A stretch of 61,765 nt of DNA, counting the filler, from Sphacelaria rigidula (taxonomy: Eukaryota): the NCBI GenBank assembly GCA_964200075.2. It is 7 parts of 7 records of this genome, joined end to end, with 100 filler letters (N's around TTAATTAATTAA, not from the genome) between each part and the next. Parts side by side here need not be neighbours in the genome. Positions count along the whole stretch, not along the records: positions 8,840 to 17,578 come from CAXNAA020010225.1; positions 17,679 to 26,416 come from CAXNAA020010226.1; 5 more parts are not named here. One strand, 5' to 3'. This document shows, in pieces, positions 11,801 to 24,862 of this stretch. Position 1 is the first letter of the stretch; each line of letters opens with the position of its first letter. The translations under genes were made by a program, and so were the position numbers. The notes under the pieces are model-generated. The model was not told the DNA's origin and did no database searches. It saw only the letters and a program-made list of their open reading frames with translations.

Positions 11801-14464
11801 CGGGACAAGTTCCACCAACACCTGCAGAGGACCAAACATCGTTTTACACAGGCGTCCACGGTGGCACCGTCCACCACGAGGTCAGGAGCTGTGGATTCGA
11901 ATCTGTCCTCGATTGCCGGAAAATACGACGCACTCGCTGATGTCGGGCGGCTGAGAAAACGATGGGGGAGCTAAACAATCCCAGTACCGTACGAGTTGCT
12001 ATACGAAACTTCTTTCGTCGGTGTGGTGTAGAAGTGGGAGCCCACACAACGGAAAATTGGAGATCTTGTTCGAACCAGGAGTGGCAGTTCCCACCGCTAG
12101 CCGGCAATACAGGGCTGCTCTTAGAAGCGTCCTTTGTTGAAATTGCCACAAAAACTGACGAATTGTAACCTAGCTTCACACAAGAATTGGAAGACATCGC
12201 TTCCCGAAGGGATTATACACTGCCCCTCTGAAAAAACATGTTTTTGTCACTCTACCTCAACCTTTGAACAGACCGAACAACACCATATCAAGCGCCCCCC
12301 CCCCCCCCCCCCCCCCTCCTGCTACTGCTCCCCCGTCGCCGTGGCCACACCGCACGCTTCACGCGTATATTTCCGCGCCAAATGTTTGCTTTTCACGACC
12401 CGCAAAGGCCATGGTTGGCGGCTCCACAGTGATTTTCAAGGACGACACGAGGAGGGGGAGCCAACAGCGCCAGAGAGTCGGCAGTAGCAGCAGTGATCGG
12501 TGATTCACCCTCGGAAGCCAGCGGCTAAACATTCGCATGGTGTCTGCCCACACTGGGCATGTTACTATCGTTTCGTAATTTTTTGGGTGTGCGTCAGGGT
12601 CGTGTGTCGATTTGTTGGCCTCCGAGAATACCAAGAGGCCTGGCCACACGCACCAGAAGACACGCTCACTCGCGAGTCCCGCCCAGTAATCGGTAAAAGA
12701 GCGAACTGCAAATTGCATCAAGATCCAGAGTCCTCCCCGATCGAGGCTTTTTCAATCGTCGGTCGTGAGCTTCCACAGCCCAGGGCGCTTAGGAAGAGAA
12801 ACTGCTAGAATGTCACCCAATTCACTCGAAAGTCTTGGAACTAGATCCGTTGACGTGACGAAAAAGCCTTATTTGGTGGTTCATCCTGAGCGGCGGTGCC
12901 CTAAAGGCCGACAAAAGAAGCGACGAAATATCAGGCAATCCAGGTGAAATGATAACCGTAGATTCGTTTCGAAGTGTCGTCATTTTGTGGTGTCACAAGA
13001 CGAGTTGGACTAGAATAGACGGCGCGGGATATAGTTTTGTCCTCCGTGCGAGTGCGCTAGTTGACACTACACCATAGATATCGTGTTCGGACGGAAAATC
13101 AAATTGGTTGCTCGTTTTCAGCTGTGTTCTCCAGCTGTCTTTGCGAAATAATGTTGACATATATGCCCATGTACGTCTGTTTCTCGCTTCCTAGAGTGCA
13201 AATGCAGGCTTTTCCCTTTCCGTATGCGCAGGTATCGCGCGAGCAGCTTAGAGGGGGCGAGGGAAGATGACGAGGAAAACATCACCAAACCAAGCAGCGA
13301 CCAGCTCTCCGAGTTTCCGGATCACGAAGGTATGCATGGATCGGAGACGTGAGATCAAGGACATGGCGGTACACATATATTTTCATCAGCCGCGCATGTG
13401 CTGGGGATTACATGTTACGGCGGTACAAATCGGAGTCGACCGTTGTTTTCGGGTTTGAGATTGTCCTTGATGCGGAGACCACGTTTCTGGTATTCCTGAA
13501 ATTCCGCTCGTCCGGTTCCCTAGACAACATCCACGATAGGTCATTCCCCACAAACAACAGCTTGCTAGCTGTCTGGTTCCCACCGGGAGGCTCTATGTCC
13601 AAGACTATCATCCTTTGTGCACTTCACTCTAGATCCACGATCATAGACTTCGGCGGGGGCGTGGTGTTCGGACATTGAGACCAGTTCTCATTGGAATACA
13701 ACATGTTTTTCAGAAAAAGTGCCTACGTCGTTCCTGCGCCAGCTCTTTTGGCGTGAAAATACGACGGGGCACGTTTGTGTGATGGGACCGGATGGCTTGC
13801 TACTTTTCGTAGAAGCTTCGAGCACTCCCTTGGTGATTTTCGGCGCGCGCGGTTTTATTTCGGGCCGACATTGCAAAATAGCAGAAGCCCTCCGCGTTCA
13901 AGAAAGTAATCGCCTCATTTCGGAATAGGAGATGATTGTAAGATGTGTGTGTGTTTCTTCCGCCCAAAGTCGAACAGCGTCAAGGCGTTCCTGGATTATG
14001 ACGCGCTGTACCTGTAGAGCAAGTTGTTCCGTAGTGGCGCTTCCCGCCTTGCCATCGTGTCACGCGCAAAACGCTGCCGAAGAGCCGAAAAGGGCGCTTG
14101 AATTACAAACGTGAACATTTTTTTTCCAGATGAGAAGAGATGTGAAGGTTTTATTTTTTCGTGAAATTATACTTTTGCCATATTTTCTGACAACGAGATG
14201 GATCATCACCCAAGAGCTATTTATACAAAACAAACGCCATGAACAAAATGAATTGTAATTTCTATGCATTCATCGTAATGGATCGGCAATGAGAAGTGCC
14301 TTCCGTTGTTTTTTCTCCCCTGTTCGTTTCCCCCCCCCTCCCAAGACAGAAGAATGACAGCAAACGTTAACAAATGCGGGGTACTCGTCTGTAACGAAGA
14401 TCAGCAAAATCCGGTAGTGTTCGAGTGAGAGTGGGGAGAAGAGGAACTGTCTCTCGTAGACCAG

Positions 14465-14745
14465 TATACACACGTTGGCGTAGAGATAAAACAGCTATTG
14501 TTGGGATGTACGCAAAAATAGAGTAAATTAGGGTAACGCACAAGTAGGCAGGATGGACATGATCCTCAGAGACTCGCACCTAGATATTATGACTGAAATA
14601 TGTATCCTGATTGACGTGAGTGTCCCAAAGCTGGAATATGCGGGAGAAGTATGGGAGGAGAACGTAAAGTTGGTGAAGAAGTTGGAAACAGTACAGATGG
14701 CCGCAGCTAATACAACATACTGAGATGCTCAGAAATGACGAGTAA
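14465..14745 (+). mobile_element. Non-LTR retrotransposon (LINE) RT C-terminal fragment, decayed
   Basis: Manual translation across frameshifts: YTHVGVEI...VGRMDMILRDSHLD...VPKLEYAGEVWEENVKLVKKLETVQMAAA, resembling the P.LEY...W...LE.VQ thumb region of LINE RT. Confidence 0.75.
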
Positions 14746-15999
14746 TTTCCTCAATGAGCACCGAAAAAAATAATAAAAGTCGTTCTTTAACGCATTTCGT
14801 GCAGCATCGCAATCAACTGTAACGTGTCTTGCAGAGGCTCATCATCCTCACTTGTTGTGCTGTGCTGTGCTGTGCTGTGCTGTGCCGCGCTGCACTGTAC
14901 TTTATCAGATACGATATATACCACTTGTATCAACGGACCTGTCGGTTTGTTTTGCGGGCTGATTGGCGTGACACTCGCCCTCGACTTAATTTTTGAGCAA
15001 GTGCGTCGCGCATTGGGCGGAGTCAATCGATCGTTAGGCTCGGTATCATTCGTATTCGCTCGTACAGAATCAGTGTACGATAGTATCACCAGGGCGATGC
15101 AGTTACTTCCATAAAAAGAACGCTCGTAGACGTATGCCGACATCAAAGCAGCAGACGATGACGGGAGTCTTCGTGCTGTGTGCTCTGACGAAAGCTGCCG
15201 GACCAGATGCTGCTATCACTTTGCTTGCGACTTTCAACTTCGGTGAAAACAAGGAAAAATGTGCAAAGGTCGACGGCCGCCCTCTTCGGGGTGTTTTTGC
15301 AAACGGCACTGCTCTGAGCAGGATTACAGGATTACACGCGAAGGAGCATGGAGTACACGCAAAGGAACTCTGTGTTAGGACTCTGCGGTCTCTGCTTCGG
15401 CGCTAAACTCTAGAGCGAGCTAGACGCTTGGCATTCTAGTCCAAACAGGCGCGCGCGGGGCAACGATGACCTTGCTCTCGCGGGACGACCACACCGCACA
15501 AAGCTCCCACCCACATAGCCATGAATCATCATACTAAATACTCGTAACAGAGTAGGGGGTGAAGGCGAGATGCTGCCTGAAAATGAAAATGGCGACTGTC
15601 CGTGACTACAACGGTCGCGCATTTCACTGACTGTAGGCGTGGTCGGCTCGAAGCCTGGCTAAGAACGGAACCCTGGACTATCGCGAAATGGGACCATTCT
15701 GCAGGAGGAAGCTTCGTGCTGACTGCGGTCGACGTGTGATCCGGAGAACCAAAGGTGCCCAAGAAAACTAACTCCTGACCCGACCTGCCTGACCCAAGGT
15801 TATGATGAAAATACAAATCAGTTCTGTACGTCACAATCACTTCTCCTCACCCATACCAGTTCCCTTCTTTTATAGACCCACTTTTATGGCAGGCACGAAT
15901 CTCGATTTTTTCAAAATCGGGGTCCCAAAAAGGCGAGATTCGTTTGCCATAAAAAGTGAGACTAATTTCGGGTCCTCGAGTTTTTTTTTTTGGAGGGGG

Positions 16000-16128
16000 G
16001 GGCGTACTCGTGATCTTGCATGCCGCAGTCATACGATCATTGACATCGCCTCCCTACGAAGCCGGGACCGAGCACGTCGGGTTTTTGCCGAACCAGGCTC
16101 ACAATCAATCCCTAGACGCAAAACGCGT
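16000..16128 (+). repeat. Unclassified dispersed ~130-bp repeat (copy 1)
   Basis: CTTGCATGCC...CCCTACGAAGCCGGGACCGAGCACGTCGGGTTTT...CGCAAAACGC; homologous copy on the minus strand at 17744-17869 and a partial one near 44555-44605. Confidence 0.7.
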
Positions 16129-17578
16129 AGTGCCTTCGGCGAGTCGCATGAGTGATGAGCCGCATCCTTACAAGTAAGATAGGTCGGCCCAAAGCCTGGT
16201 GATTACCTTGCACATAGATGGCAGCATATAATGAGTTGCTTCATTTTCTGGTATCGCCTCTTCGTTGGGTGTGAAGGGGTTGAGCTGCGTATCAACTTCT
16301 AGATAAAACTAGTTGTACAAAAAATATTTTACAAACGGAGTCACTGATATTTTAATCAAGAGTGGGGGAGGTAAGTTACAGAAGCTGAGTATCATACTCG
16401 GAGGTGAACCAAAACACCTGACCTTGGAATAGCTGAGAGGCACCTTACTTGATTCAAGACGAACGGGGCAACTTACGACAACTGAGTAAGGGTGACATGA
16501 GTCACTTACTTGATCTTAGAATAGCTTAGGCAAGGTACAAGAACTGTATGGACATTTCGCCATTTTTTCGGCTTGGCTCCCTCTACTTTCCTCAGGCGGC
16601 TTGCGAGCAAGCAAAGACATTATATATTTTTACCCCGAGTAGTCGCACTCTAACGTTGATGCCGTAATGCGTTGCAATGCCTCACAATCGAACGACCACA
16701 GCGCGTACCATCCTTTCACGATTATTATCATGATTTATTATATATCCGTCACATTAGCTCGATCTCTCGATTCCGCGGTCACACGATAGAGCCACGAAAA
16801 GAAACTGTCAACCCGTCCAATTCGTCCACCAACAAAAGGTGCATACGTCGCACTGCTCAGCTCGTTTTAACCCTTAGACAGCGACCCCCCTTCAGGTGGG
16901 CTGAGTTGGACTATGCCCCATTTCGGGTTCAGAATGTATTTTCATGAACATGTGGACATTTATTTGGTATCGATATAGAATATAGTCCCGGAGAACCCCT
17001 GACCAGTTTTGACCCTGCAGTCAACTGCGTGCAGAGTGGTATGTGTATGTGCTGTATATCTTCGCTGGATACAACGGCAAGAGACAGTAAGCGTGCCATC
17101 GCTCCCCACTTAAACAGTTTACTACATCCTGCTGATGCATTTGTTCAGTGCTCCACAACAGCACTACTCGTACAGACGGTGCGAGACTATGATGGCAACA
17201 CATACATGAGGGGTTAGGCAGGCGGCATAGACCACGAGCAGAGCAAAAAGCACACTCGTTGTTTGTGCCCAAAAATAATAATCAAAACGAGGCAAGTTTA
17301 ATTGTCATGACCAAAATGAGAAATACGAGTGGACAGCGAAGTAGTCCACCTGTAGGGGAACAAAGTGATCATTTTGACAGCCAGGATCAGTCAGAACGGT
17401 CATTCCGCGCCTCTCAGGCCTCGTTCCTAGCTTCGAATCCGCGGGAAACTTTCAAACACACATGGTCGACTTCGCGAGCTTTCCGGCTGCTCTGCGAACA
17501 GACACCCCCCCCTTGCTCCGTCTCGAAAGGGATGCGTGGTCAATGGTCAAACGACTAAGGCAAGCAACAAATGAGTAC

Positions 17579-17678
17579 NNNNNNNNNNNNNNNNNNNNNN
17601 NNNNNNNNNNNNNNNNNNNNNNTTAATTAATTAANNNNNNNNNNNNNNNNNNNNNNNNNNNNNNNNNNNNNNNNNNNN
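17579..17678. other. Artificial contig linker
   Basis: 44N + TTAATTAATTAA + 44N. Confidence 0.98.
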
Positions 17679-17743
17679 CAACTTCGTATACTAAAACCAA
17701 GTAATTTCCTGACGAATCATTATTTGTCCTAACCGTGCACCAT

Positions 17744-17869
17744 AGCGTTTTGCGCTTGGTGATTACGAGCCTGGTCTGGCGAAACTCGGCGTGCTCCTTC
17801 CCGGCTTTGTAGGGATGCGAGATCAATCGTCTTAGGATCATGGCATGCAGAATCATGAGCACACGCCCC
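17744..17869 (-). repeat. Unclassified dispersed ~130-bp repeat (copy 2)
   Basis: Reverse complement reads CTGCATGCC...CCCTACAAAGCCGGGAAGGAGCACGCCGAGTTT...CGCAAAACGC, matching 16000-16128. Confidence 0.7.
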
Positions 17870-17921
17870 TATTGCTCTCCTCCCTCCCTTTATTCTGTTT
17901 CCTAATTTTCGTTTCTCACAG

Positions 17922-18158
17922 GCACTACCGCACCGGGGAAGCCCTCCCGGTCGACATGATAAACCGCCTCCGAGCATCTAAAACCCTATTCGCGGGCATG
18001 GAGACGAGGACACAACTCTTGTATGCATCGCTCGATCAGAAGCTCTTCGGACCCCAGCCTGAAGACGGAGGCGTTTTGTCGTCGACCTCTGCCGCGAACA
18101 GCCTACGGAGGAGCATCACCGGGATAGAAAATCCGGAAGGCTCGCTCTGGCACTCTAG
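17922..18158 (+). CDS. Internal exon of an M3-family metallopeptidase (mitochondrial intermediate peptidase-like)
   Basis: tttctcacag acceptor; HYRTGEALPVDMINRLRASKTLFAGMETRTQLLYASLDQKLFG...SLWHS(R); GT donor at 18159; HYxTGExLP is an M3 peptidase motif. Confidence 0.85.
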
Positions 18159-20966
18159 GTGGGTGAGGGTGTGGAGGCAATGATATCCTATTAGTACCCC
18201 GAAACAAGTAAGCAAGAATGACATCTTCGAACAAGCACAAAAACGTCCAACCCTCGGTGAGCGTACCCTTCAACGGAGCAGTCATGCATTCGTTAGTTAG
18301 TATCCTCTAAAACGCTTGTTTTTTTTTTCATATCGCACCACCCGTGTTCACCATGACTGCAGGAGCACGAACATAATTTTCGGGTAAAACCTACACAGGT
18401 AGTTTTCCTTCTGCTCTTCACTCAGAATTCGGCTTACCTTTCCATATGAGCCGTTGCCTTTTATTCATATTTGGGTTTGGATCTCCGTCGGGTATGTAAA
18501 CAGTCCAGCCGTTGCAATAGAGTGTCAACATCGTCATGATCTAATTTACAGAGTATCTCTGTAGCATTCGGTCCTCGTAGACGCAATGATGTACTCCGGA
18601 GTATTTTTTTTAACTCGCCTATGTGTACGAATGTGTCCGAGTAGAGTCTTGGCGTAAGGATTTGCAGTGATCTATCTCCCAACCACGGTGGAACTGAATG
18701 TGTACATATAACGTCAACAAGGATTCCGTTGTCTTCAGTGCAAGTCACAATGTACAAAGAATGCACATATTATTTGTTGTCCCCCGATGTTATGAAGCAC
18801 ATATATACGTGTGTGTATAAACATATGCACACTTTCACATACTTTACCCCGCCCATTTCTTGGGACGAGTCCGTTGTCTGAAGGGATCACCTCATTTCCC
18901 CCTCAAGTTCATGCCTGGCACTTTTGGAGTCACCGTAGTACCGCGGATTGCGTCAACACCCCTGCACTGTGTCGAATGGCATCAAAGCTCTTTGCCGCTC
19001 ATGTCCCCACATGTTCGACGTCTGAAATCAGCTCCCATCAAGAGAATGAAACGTATTCGCCGGGATATGAACCAACTCGTCTGTACCGTAACTGGTCCAA
19101 AGGTGTATCTTGTTTGTGCTCGGGCCACCGCACCGCCCTACGAGCTAAGCACAAACCGCAAATTTGTTATATTCATTTGAGGACCAAAGCCGGGTTGGGT
19201 ATGGTGACTCGTGCACGGAGTCGAGCCGGGCTACCGGAAGCTACACTCGATGAAACTCCAAGACTAGCTGGGGAGGGAAGATGGACTGTCTTGGTGCCCG
19301 CCCGTACACTAAGCTAGGCATGACATCATGACGGGTTTTCTTCAGAGCAGATCTTGAGAATGAGGGGAAGTAGATCTCGATCCTCTCGGCGATCACACGC
19401 GGTGTACGAAACTAGAGATAGCGAATGAGTCGACAAGGGTTTTTGCCTGTCCCCCGGGGACAAGGATGTATATATATATATATATGTATATGATACATAA
19501 CTGTGTGTGTATATATATATATATATATATGCGTTGAAATTAACCCCATCGTGTTTTCACACTTAGATTCGTGTCCTACCGTCGCCGCCGTAGTGAAAGA
19601 GATTATTCGTCTCTACAGACGCTTGTGGAAAACTTCCCCGTTGCACAGTCATTCTCCAGTAGGTACTGATTTTTCTCGCCCTGGATCCTAACCTTCAATC
19701 CCCGACGGGTTGCATATATTCGAGCGGAAAGTGAAAAGCGATGAGGATATGGCCGATCAACCAAAGTCACTGTTTTGGCTGCTGCCACCATAGCGTATTG
19801 TTTTCATATAATTCATTTACGTAACGGCTAGGCTTATACTTATTATGCTGGCAAAGTGTTTTTTTCATGCTAGTAATCTCACCGAAAGCATTACTCGTGG
19901 AGTGGAAATTGTTATCGATTTATGCTTGCCACCTGGAAACTATGCTTGGTTGTACGCCTCATTATCAACAATGTTATTTTTCACCGGACACACCGACACA
20001 CCGGTGTTTTTTTTTCAAGAAAATGGATATTATTGGAATTTCAAGTGATAACATATATACTGGAACAGTATATACTACTGCACTGCTGCTGCACTGCTGT
20101 GCCGGTGCTTCAAATCTCAACAATGGTAGTACACGATCGTACGCGTTTGTTCTATTATAGACCCGCGGTCAATCGCAGCGAAAATATAGGCAAGCATGTA
20201 GGCCAGCGTACCAGCCCCTACGATGGAAACTTGCGCTCGATTCTGCTAGTAAGGTGGATAAAATGCTTTTGATACTCGCTGTAATCCTGTGCTATTTATG
20301 CTCCTCATCGAAACGCTTCGCTTTTTTTGCCATCAAGGTGGGATTATGCTCGAAAATATCCTAGCATCATCGGTGCAAGCCTAGTAACGGGCCATGTGCA
20401 CCTTCGTGCTGGAAGGAAGAAAAGCAGTCGGCCGGCTCAGTGTTTTTTGTCCGGATCATGTTTTTTTGTTGTTTTTGTTGCTATTGATCGAATTGGCTCA
20501 TTGATTACCACCAATTGATGGATATTTGATCGATCGGTTCTATCAATTGATTGGCCGATTAGTTGTCGAACGGGGCTAGTCGACCTTCTCGAAAAAACAA
20601 TGACCGCTCAGAAGGTCTGGTGCCCACACCTTTTTCCCCCCATGCTATTTTTCAAAATGCATATTCGTAGCACGAAGCATTTGAACTGGCTCGTTTACCC
20701 AGGACTTACCGTAGAGGCACAGCATAGCACTCCCCCCCCCCCCTCCCCGAAATCTTCGAAATATCTGGGCAAACATCTCCGTTCACCAAAATGTAAGAGC
20801 AATTTTGCTTTACTATATCAAGCAATAGATCACTTCATGATTGACTACGATAATCTCCGGAAAACCTAGCGTCTCAGTTTTTTATCGGCAATTGTTTTTT
20901 AGATGAAGTCGTCAAAATGATCGCTTTTCGGGGAAAAGTAGAAAAAACGAGAAGAGCAAACGTAAA

Positions 20967-22040
20967 CCCTTTTGGGACCGACACCCCACTAACACGGGGT
21001 TGACCCTGTGTTGGTGAAATAATAAAAAATGAGTCAGGGAGCGACCTGCCCAATCACGGCGAGGCGAAATTTATCGAGCAGACCCGAACGACGAGCGCGG
21101 GGACTGTTGCCGAGTGTGATGTCACTGCAAAGATCGCGTGAGGGTCCTATCCCTGGCCCAGATAAGCCCTCCCAGGTTTCCAAAGGCAGGCTGGTCGCAG
21201 CGTGGTTTATGATTTTACTTGCATTCAGTATAGCGTTCCCGGGATTTCCCGGAAGTTTTTTGGGGTCGCCAGCCTACACGAAAACGTAGTAACTACACCA
21301 ACACAGGATGGAGTGGGAAAAACCGAAAAGGAGTGTGCATACATACCACCATGAGGTCATTTTGACGAGGCACTAAACCCAGGTGGACCGTGAAAAGACA
21401 AAAGGAGCTACCGTCATAAATGCTGCTTACCCCTCTACCGATGACTTGCAGGACACTATGAACATGTATGTAGTGGGCGGGGATGAACAAGCTGTGTATA
21501 GACATCTGATCTCCGTCGCTGAGAACTGCCCAGAACGTGCAAGGGAGTATGCAGCGGTAGCCGTTGCACTACACTGCATTGCATTGTACTGTACTGTACC
21601 GTACTGTACTGTACTGTACTGTATGTGCGCCGCAACGCCCATGCCCTTCGAAGAGAATTTACCGCTTGCAACAAAGAGGGAAATCGCGGCTCACCCTTAC
21701 CACAAGGCGCTGTGTGGCAAGGTGGTGGGGACAATAATATCATCCAAAGCCACAAGTGGCGAACGGCCCGCCGGTCGCCGCATCCTGTTGAAAACTCTCT
21801 ACGGCGACCTATACTTCTCGTTCAACAGATGTGCATCACCTAATGCGCACCCCACCCGAATTACAGTTTGCATCTGCACCTGAAAATTATATTGGATGAA
21901 ATTTTCGGTGTTCCTCCAAACCCTGCATGCTGCGGTTATGTACGTGGATTTTCACATGTAGCCACTGTTTCGTGCAGACGCCGAACACGCCATTCCTAAC
22001 CAGCCTCATTGGTCGTTCTGGAGGCCCGGTTCCCAAAGGG
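20967..22040 (-). mobile_element. 1074-bp non-autonomous piggyBac-like element (copy A)
   Basis: taaa|CCCTTTTGGGACCG ... CCGGTTCCCAAAGGG|ttaa; both ends match the 59441-59771 element; lies inside the peptidase intron. Confidence 0.85.
21383..21883 (+). CDS. Cargo ORF of unknown function inside piggyBac-like copy A
   Basis: 166-codon ORF homologous in frame to ORF 25088-25483 (EQAVYRxLISVAE, ATPMPFxENLPLATKREIAAHP); true start and expression unknown. Confidence 0.45.
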   Translation: MDREKTKGATVINAAYPSTDDLQDTMNMYVVGGDEQAVYRHLISVAENCPERAREYAAVAVALHCIALYCTVPYCTVLYCMCAATPMPFEENLPLATKREIAAHPYHKALCGKVVGTIISSKATSGERPAGRRILLKTLYGDLYFSFNRCASPNAHPTRITVCICT

Positions 22041-22377
22041 TTAATGAGAGCCCTTTGCCGGGACGAATATTGGTGGCAATTCAGCTGCATTGAGAATCTG
22101 TCTCCCAGCAAGTGATTATTGATGCTGGATTGATCATTCCCCTGTGTTGTTTGAAACCACTCATCTACTATAGGAATTTGTTATAAAGCACTTTGATCAC
22201 GCACATTGTGTGTTGCACTGCATCCGCCCGCCTGTTCCCTGTGCTGCTGCTGCTTTCTTCACGCTGACAATGCCCGCTTGTCATTTCCCACGATTCAGTG
22301 TCATTCTTCACTGATTCCGGAGAGTGGTTCGTTACTCTATGTCGTCGTTCGCTGCGGGAATACGTTGTTGCCGGCAG

Positions 22378-22458
22378 GTTCGGACACTTTACCGGATATG
22401 GAGCCGGATACTACGCATACTTGTACGCCAAAATGTTCACGTCCGCAATATGGCAGAG
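22378..22458 (+). CDS. Next exon of the same M3 peptidase gene
   Basis: ccggcag acceptor; (R)FGHFTGYGAGYYAYLYAKMFTSAIWQ(R); gtatgt donor; phase 2 matches the previous exon (AG|G = Arg); fits the M3 motif F.H..GYGA.YY.YL. Confidence 0.9.
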
Positions 22459-24454
22459 GTATGTCAAATCGTCAACAATCGTCAACATGCGGACACAGGC
22501 AGAAAACATCCTCGCATGGCATCTCCTTGACGCGTAGAGCTGTCTCACGATGAACTATGCCTGGCCTGATGTTGATCACGAATGTTTCGGAGGCAGTACC
22601 GTGGGAAAAGAGAAAGAAAAAAAAGCACACAGCAATGGTTGCCGCCAGATGCGTATGCTTCTGGGGTTTCCCCCGACTGCTAGACTTTGGGCAAAGTGTG
22701 GGTATGAAGGAAGACGCTTTCAAGTGAAACTTGGTTGCGTCCTTTGATCCTTGGCATTTTGGGGGGCAAGGTACTTGCTTGCCGCGAGCTGATTCTACTC
22801 ACCGCGTAGCCAGGATTCATGCACGGTTCGGAGGACAAGTGGTGCCTGAAGGATCACGTCACACTTTTAGCTTTATTCCCAGACGCTGATGGACGCATGG
22901 CATTGGTGCTTATCATTTCCGCGCCCATCGCACTCTGGTTGTGGGACTGGTGACCAGTACTGCTTTCGGCAGATTTTATGAGCTCGAATCCCAGCTGTAC
23001 TCAAGTCTCGTGTGTTTTTCTGGTGTTCGTGGTCCGAAAATGTTGATAAGTAGAGTGGCAAAAATGACAAAATTCGATAGAGGGTCGACGGATTGCGCAA
23101 GTGCTGATTGACTGCTAGATGATACAGTGCACGGCAAGCATGGGGAAAGAGATGAGCTGATCCTTTTGAGATGGCGGACGTGTCTCGAGAAGGAAGGGGT
23201 GTTGAAAGTTCGAGCAAGAAGCGGGAAAACGAACCACCCCAGCGTGTGGTGTCTTCTCTTGCCGAAACACTTAGCAGCCCGACCGTTTACAATTCGCCGC
23301 TACTAATAGAGAAAGGCTTGATGCGCCATCTTCGAATTCAAGTGATGTTTTGGTTTTCACATTGCAAGAGCTCAGCCTTCGAAGGTACACCAATGTGTTC
23401 CGTTTGTCTTTTTATTTTTGAGGGAGGGGGGAGAGGGGGAGGGACAGATTGTGTGAACATGGGATAACACTGTGATCTGCCGCGACTGGGGATAGCTCGC
23501 GGCATAACCACCCAGTTCGTCGGTCATGTTGAAGAAAGTCTGATACTTGGTGCACGCCATCAACGTTCTCGTCAACTGACCACGAGCTGGGCCAGCCTAA
23601 ACACGGATTTGAGTTCTAAAAGCAATATCTCATCGACGCAGACGTACGAGTTGGTTCGTGATCCGCATATCGTATTCATCGTCTAATCAAGGGGAAGGTG
23701 TCCATCTGCTCAAAAATCTGAGCCAATATTTTCTCGTTGATTAAACCCCATTTCTAGTAATTCCTATACCGTACGGCGATAGTGTCCCCACTAAAATCTA
23801 TGTGAAACCTCGAACGATACATTCCGCGGATGATGAGGATTTTTGGTGTGGACCTTCCCTGGAGCCCGGGGAGACGATAGATATCCTCACCTTCACCTAA
23901 TTCGTCATCTATCTCGAGATATGGCGCACATAGGTTTCCATACTAAAATCAATATATTACGAGCAGAGGCACTAGACGCCCTAAATCTGGATATCGCGTC
24001 TCAGTTTTTGAGAGTTGTTTTATGCAACTTCGTGTGAAGAACTGCTAGTGCATTAAAAAATAAAATCAAATAGCTTATCCCCTTTTTTTCGTGTTTTTAG
24101 TGGAGTTTTGAGGAGAAATGAACATTGCTCTTAGGTCTCATCTCAATGTTTTTGCCCAATTTTTAGAATTGTGATTTGAAACTTAGCATGGAGAGCCACG
24201 AAGGTGTGCCGAAAAAAAAAATGGGCCTTCATTTTGTTTTTCAATAGAGGTGTTCCCGTGGAAAAATGATCCTAACCATACTAGAACGCCCTAAAACAGC
24301 GTGTAAAATTGAAAAAAATATCAACCTGACCCGCTGAGTTTTGTCAATTATGCCGTAGCGAAGGCCCACACAAGATTTCAATACACAAAAACCAAACGTG
24401 GGCCGGTGAGTGGCCAGGGAAATACTGTTTCGAATTTCTACCGATCCGGTTTTT

Positions 24455-24815
24455 CAAACGCGAATGCGTCGAGAAATATTTAGAGTTGGAGTGTAAAATT
24501 CGGTATGAACAATGCATAGGGCATAAAAACAAAATTACGAGTGTACCATTTTTTTTTTTCCGAGAGTTAACCCTTTCGGAACTAGACCCCCAGGGAGTAC
24601 TGATTTTTGTTTTGGTGAATCAGCATCATGTTCAGTCATTTTCAAGTCAGAATGATGCCGATTCACAAAGATTCACAAAACAAAGATGTCAGTAAAACAC
24701 CCTTGATAAATAAATAAAATAAAAATGGTACACTCGTTTTTTTTAATTCCGTATCCTTTGCCCATACCAAATTTTACGCTCCAACTCTAAATATTTCCCG
24801 ACGCATTCGCCTGCA
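24455..24815. repeat. Fold-back element with ~100-bp inverted arms
   Basis: GCGAATGCGTCGAGAAATATTTAGAGTTGGAGTGTAAAATT...CGAGTGTACCATTTT pairs with AAAATGGTACACTCG...AATTTTACGCTCCAACTCTAAATATTTCCCGACGCATTCGC. Confidence 0.8.
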
Positions 24816-24862
24816 AACTTCAAATCCGCCTCTAGGCTGGCCCAGCTCGTTTTGCGTTTTAA

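Noticed and set aside
8840..14400. Numerous 60-155-aa ORFs in contig 2
   Set aside because: No recognisable domain or consistent splice chain by eye. A TBLASTX or HMM search could still reveal decayed transposase or exon fragments.
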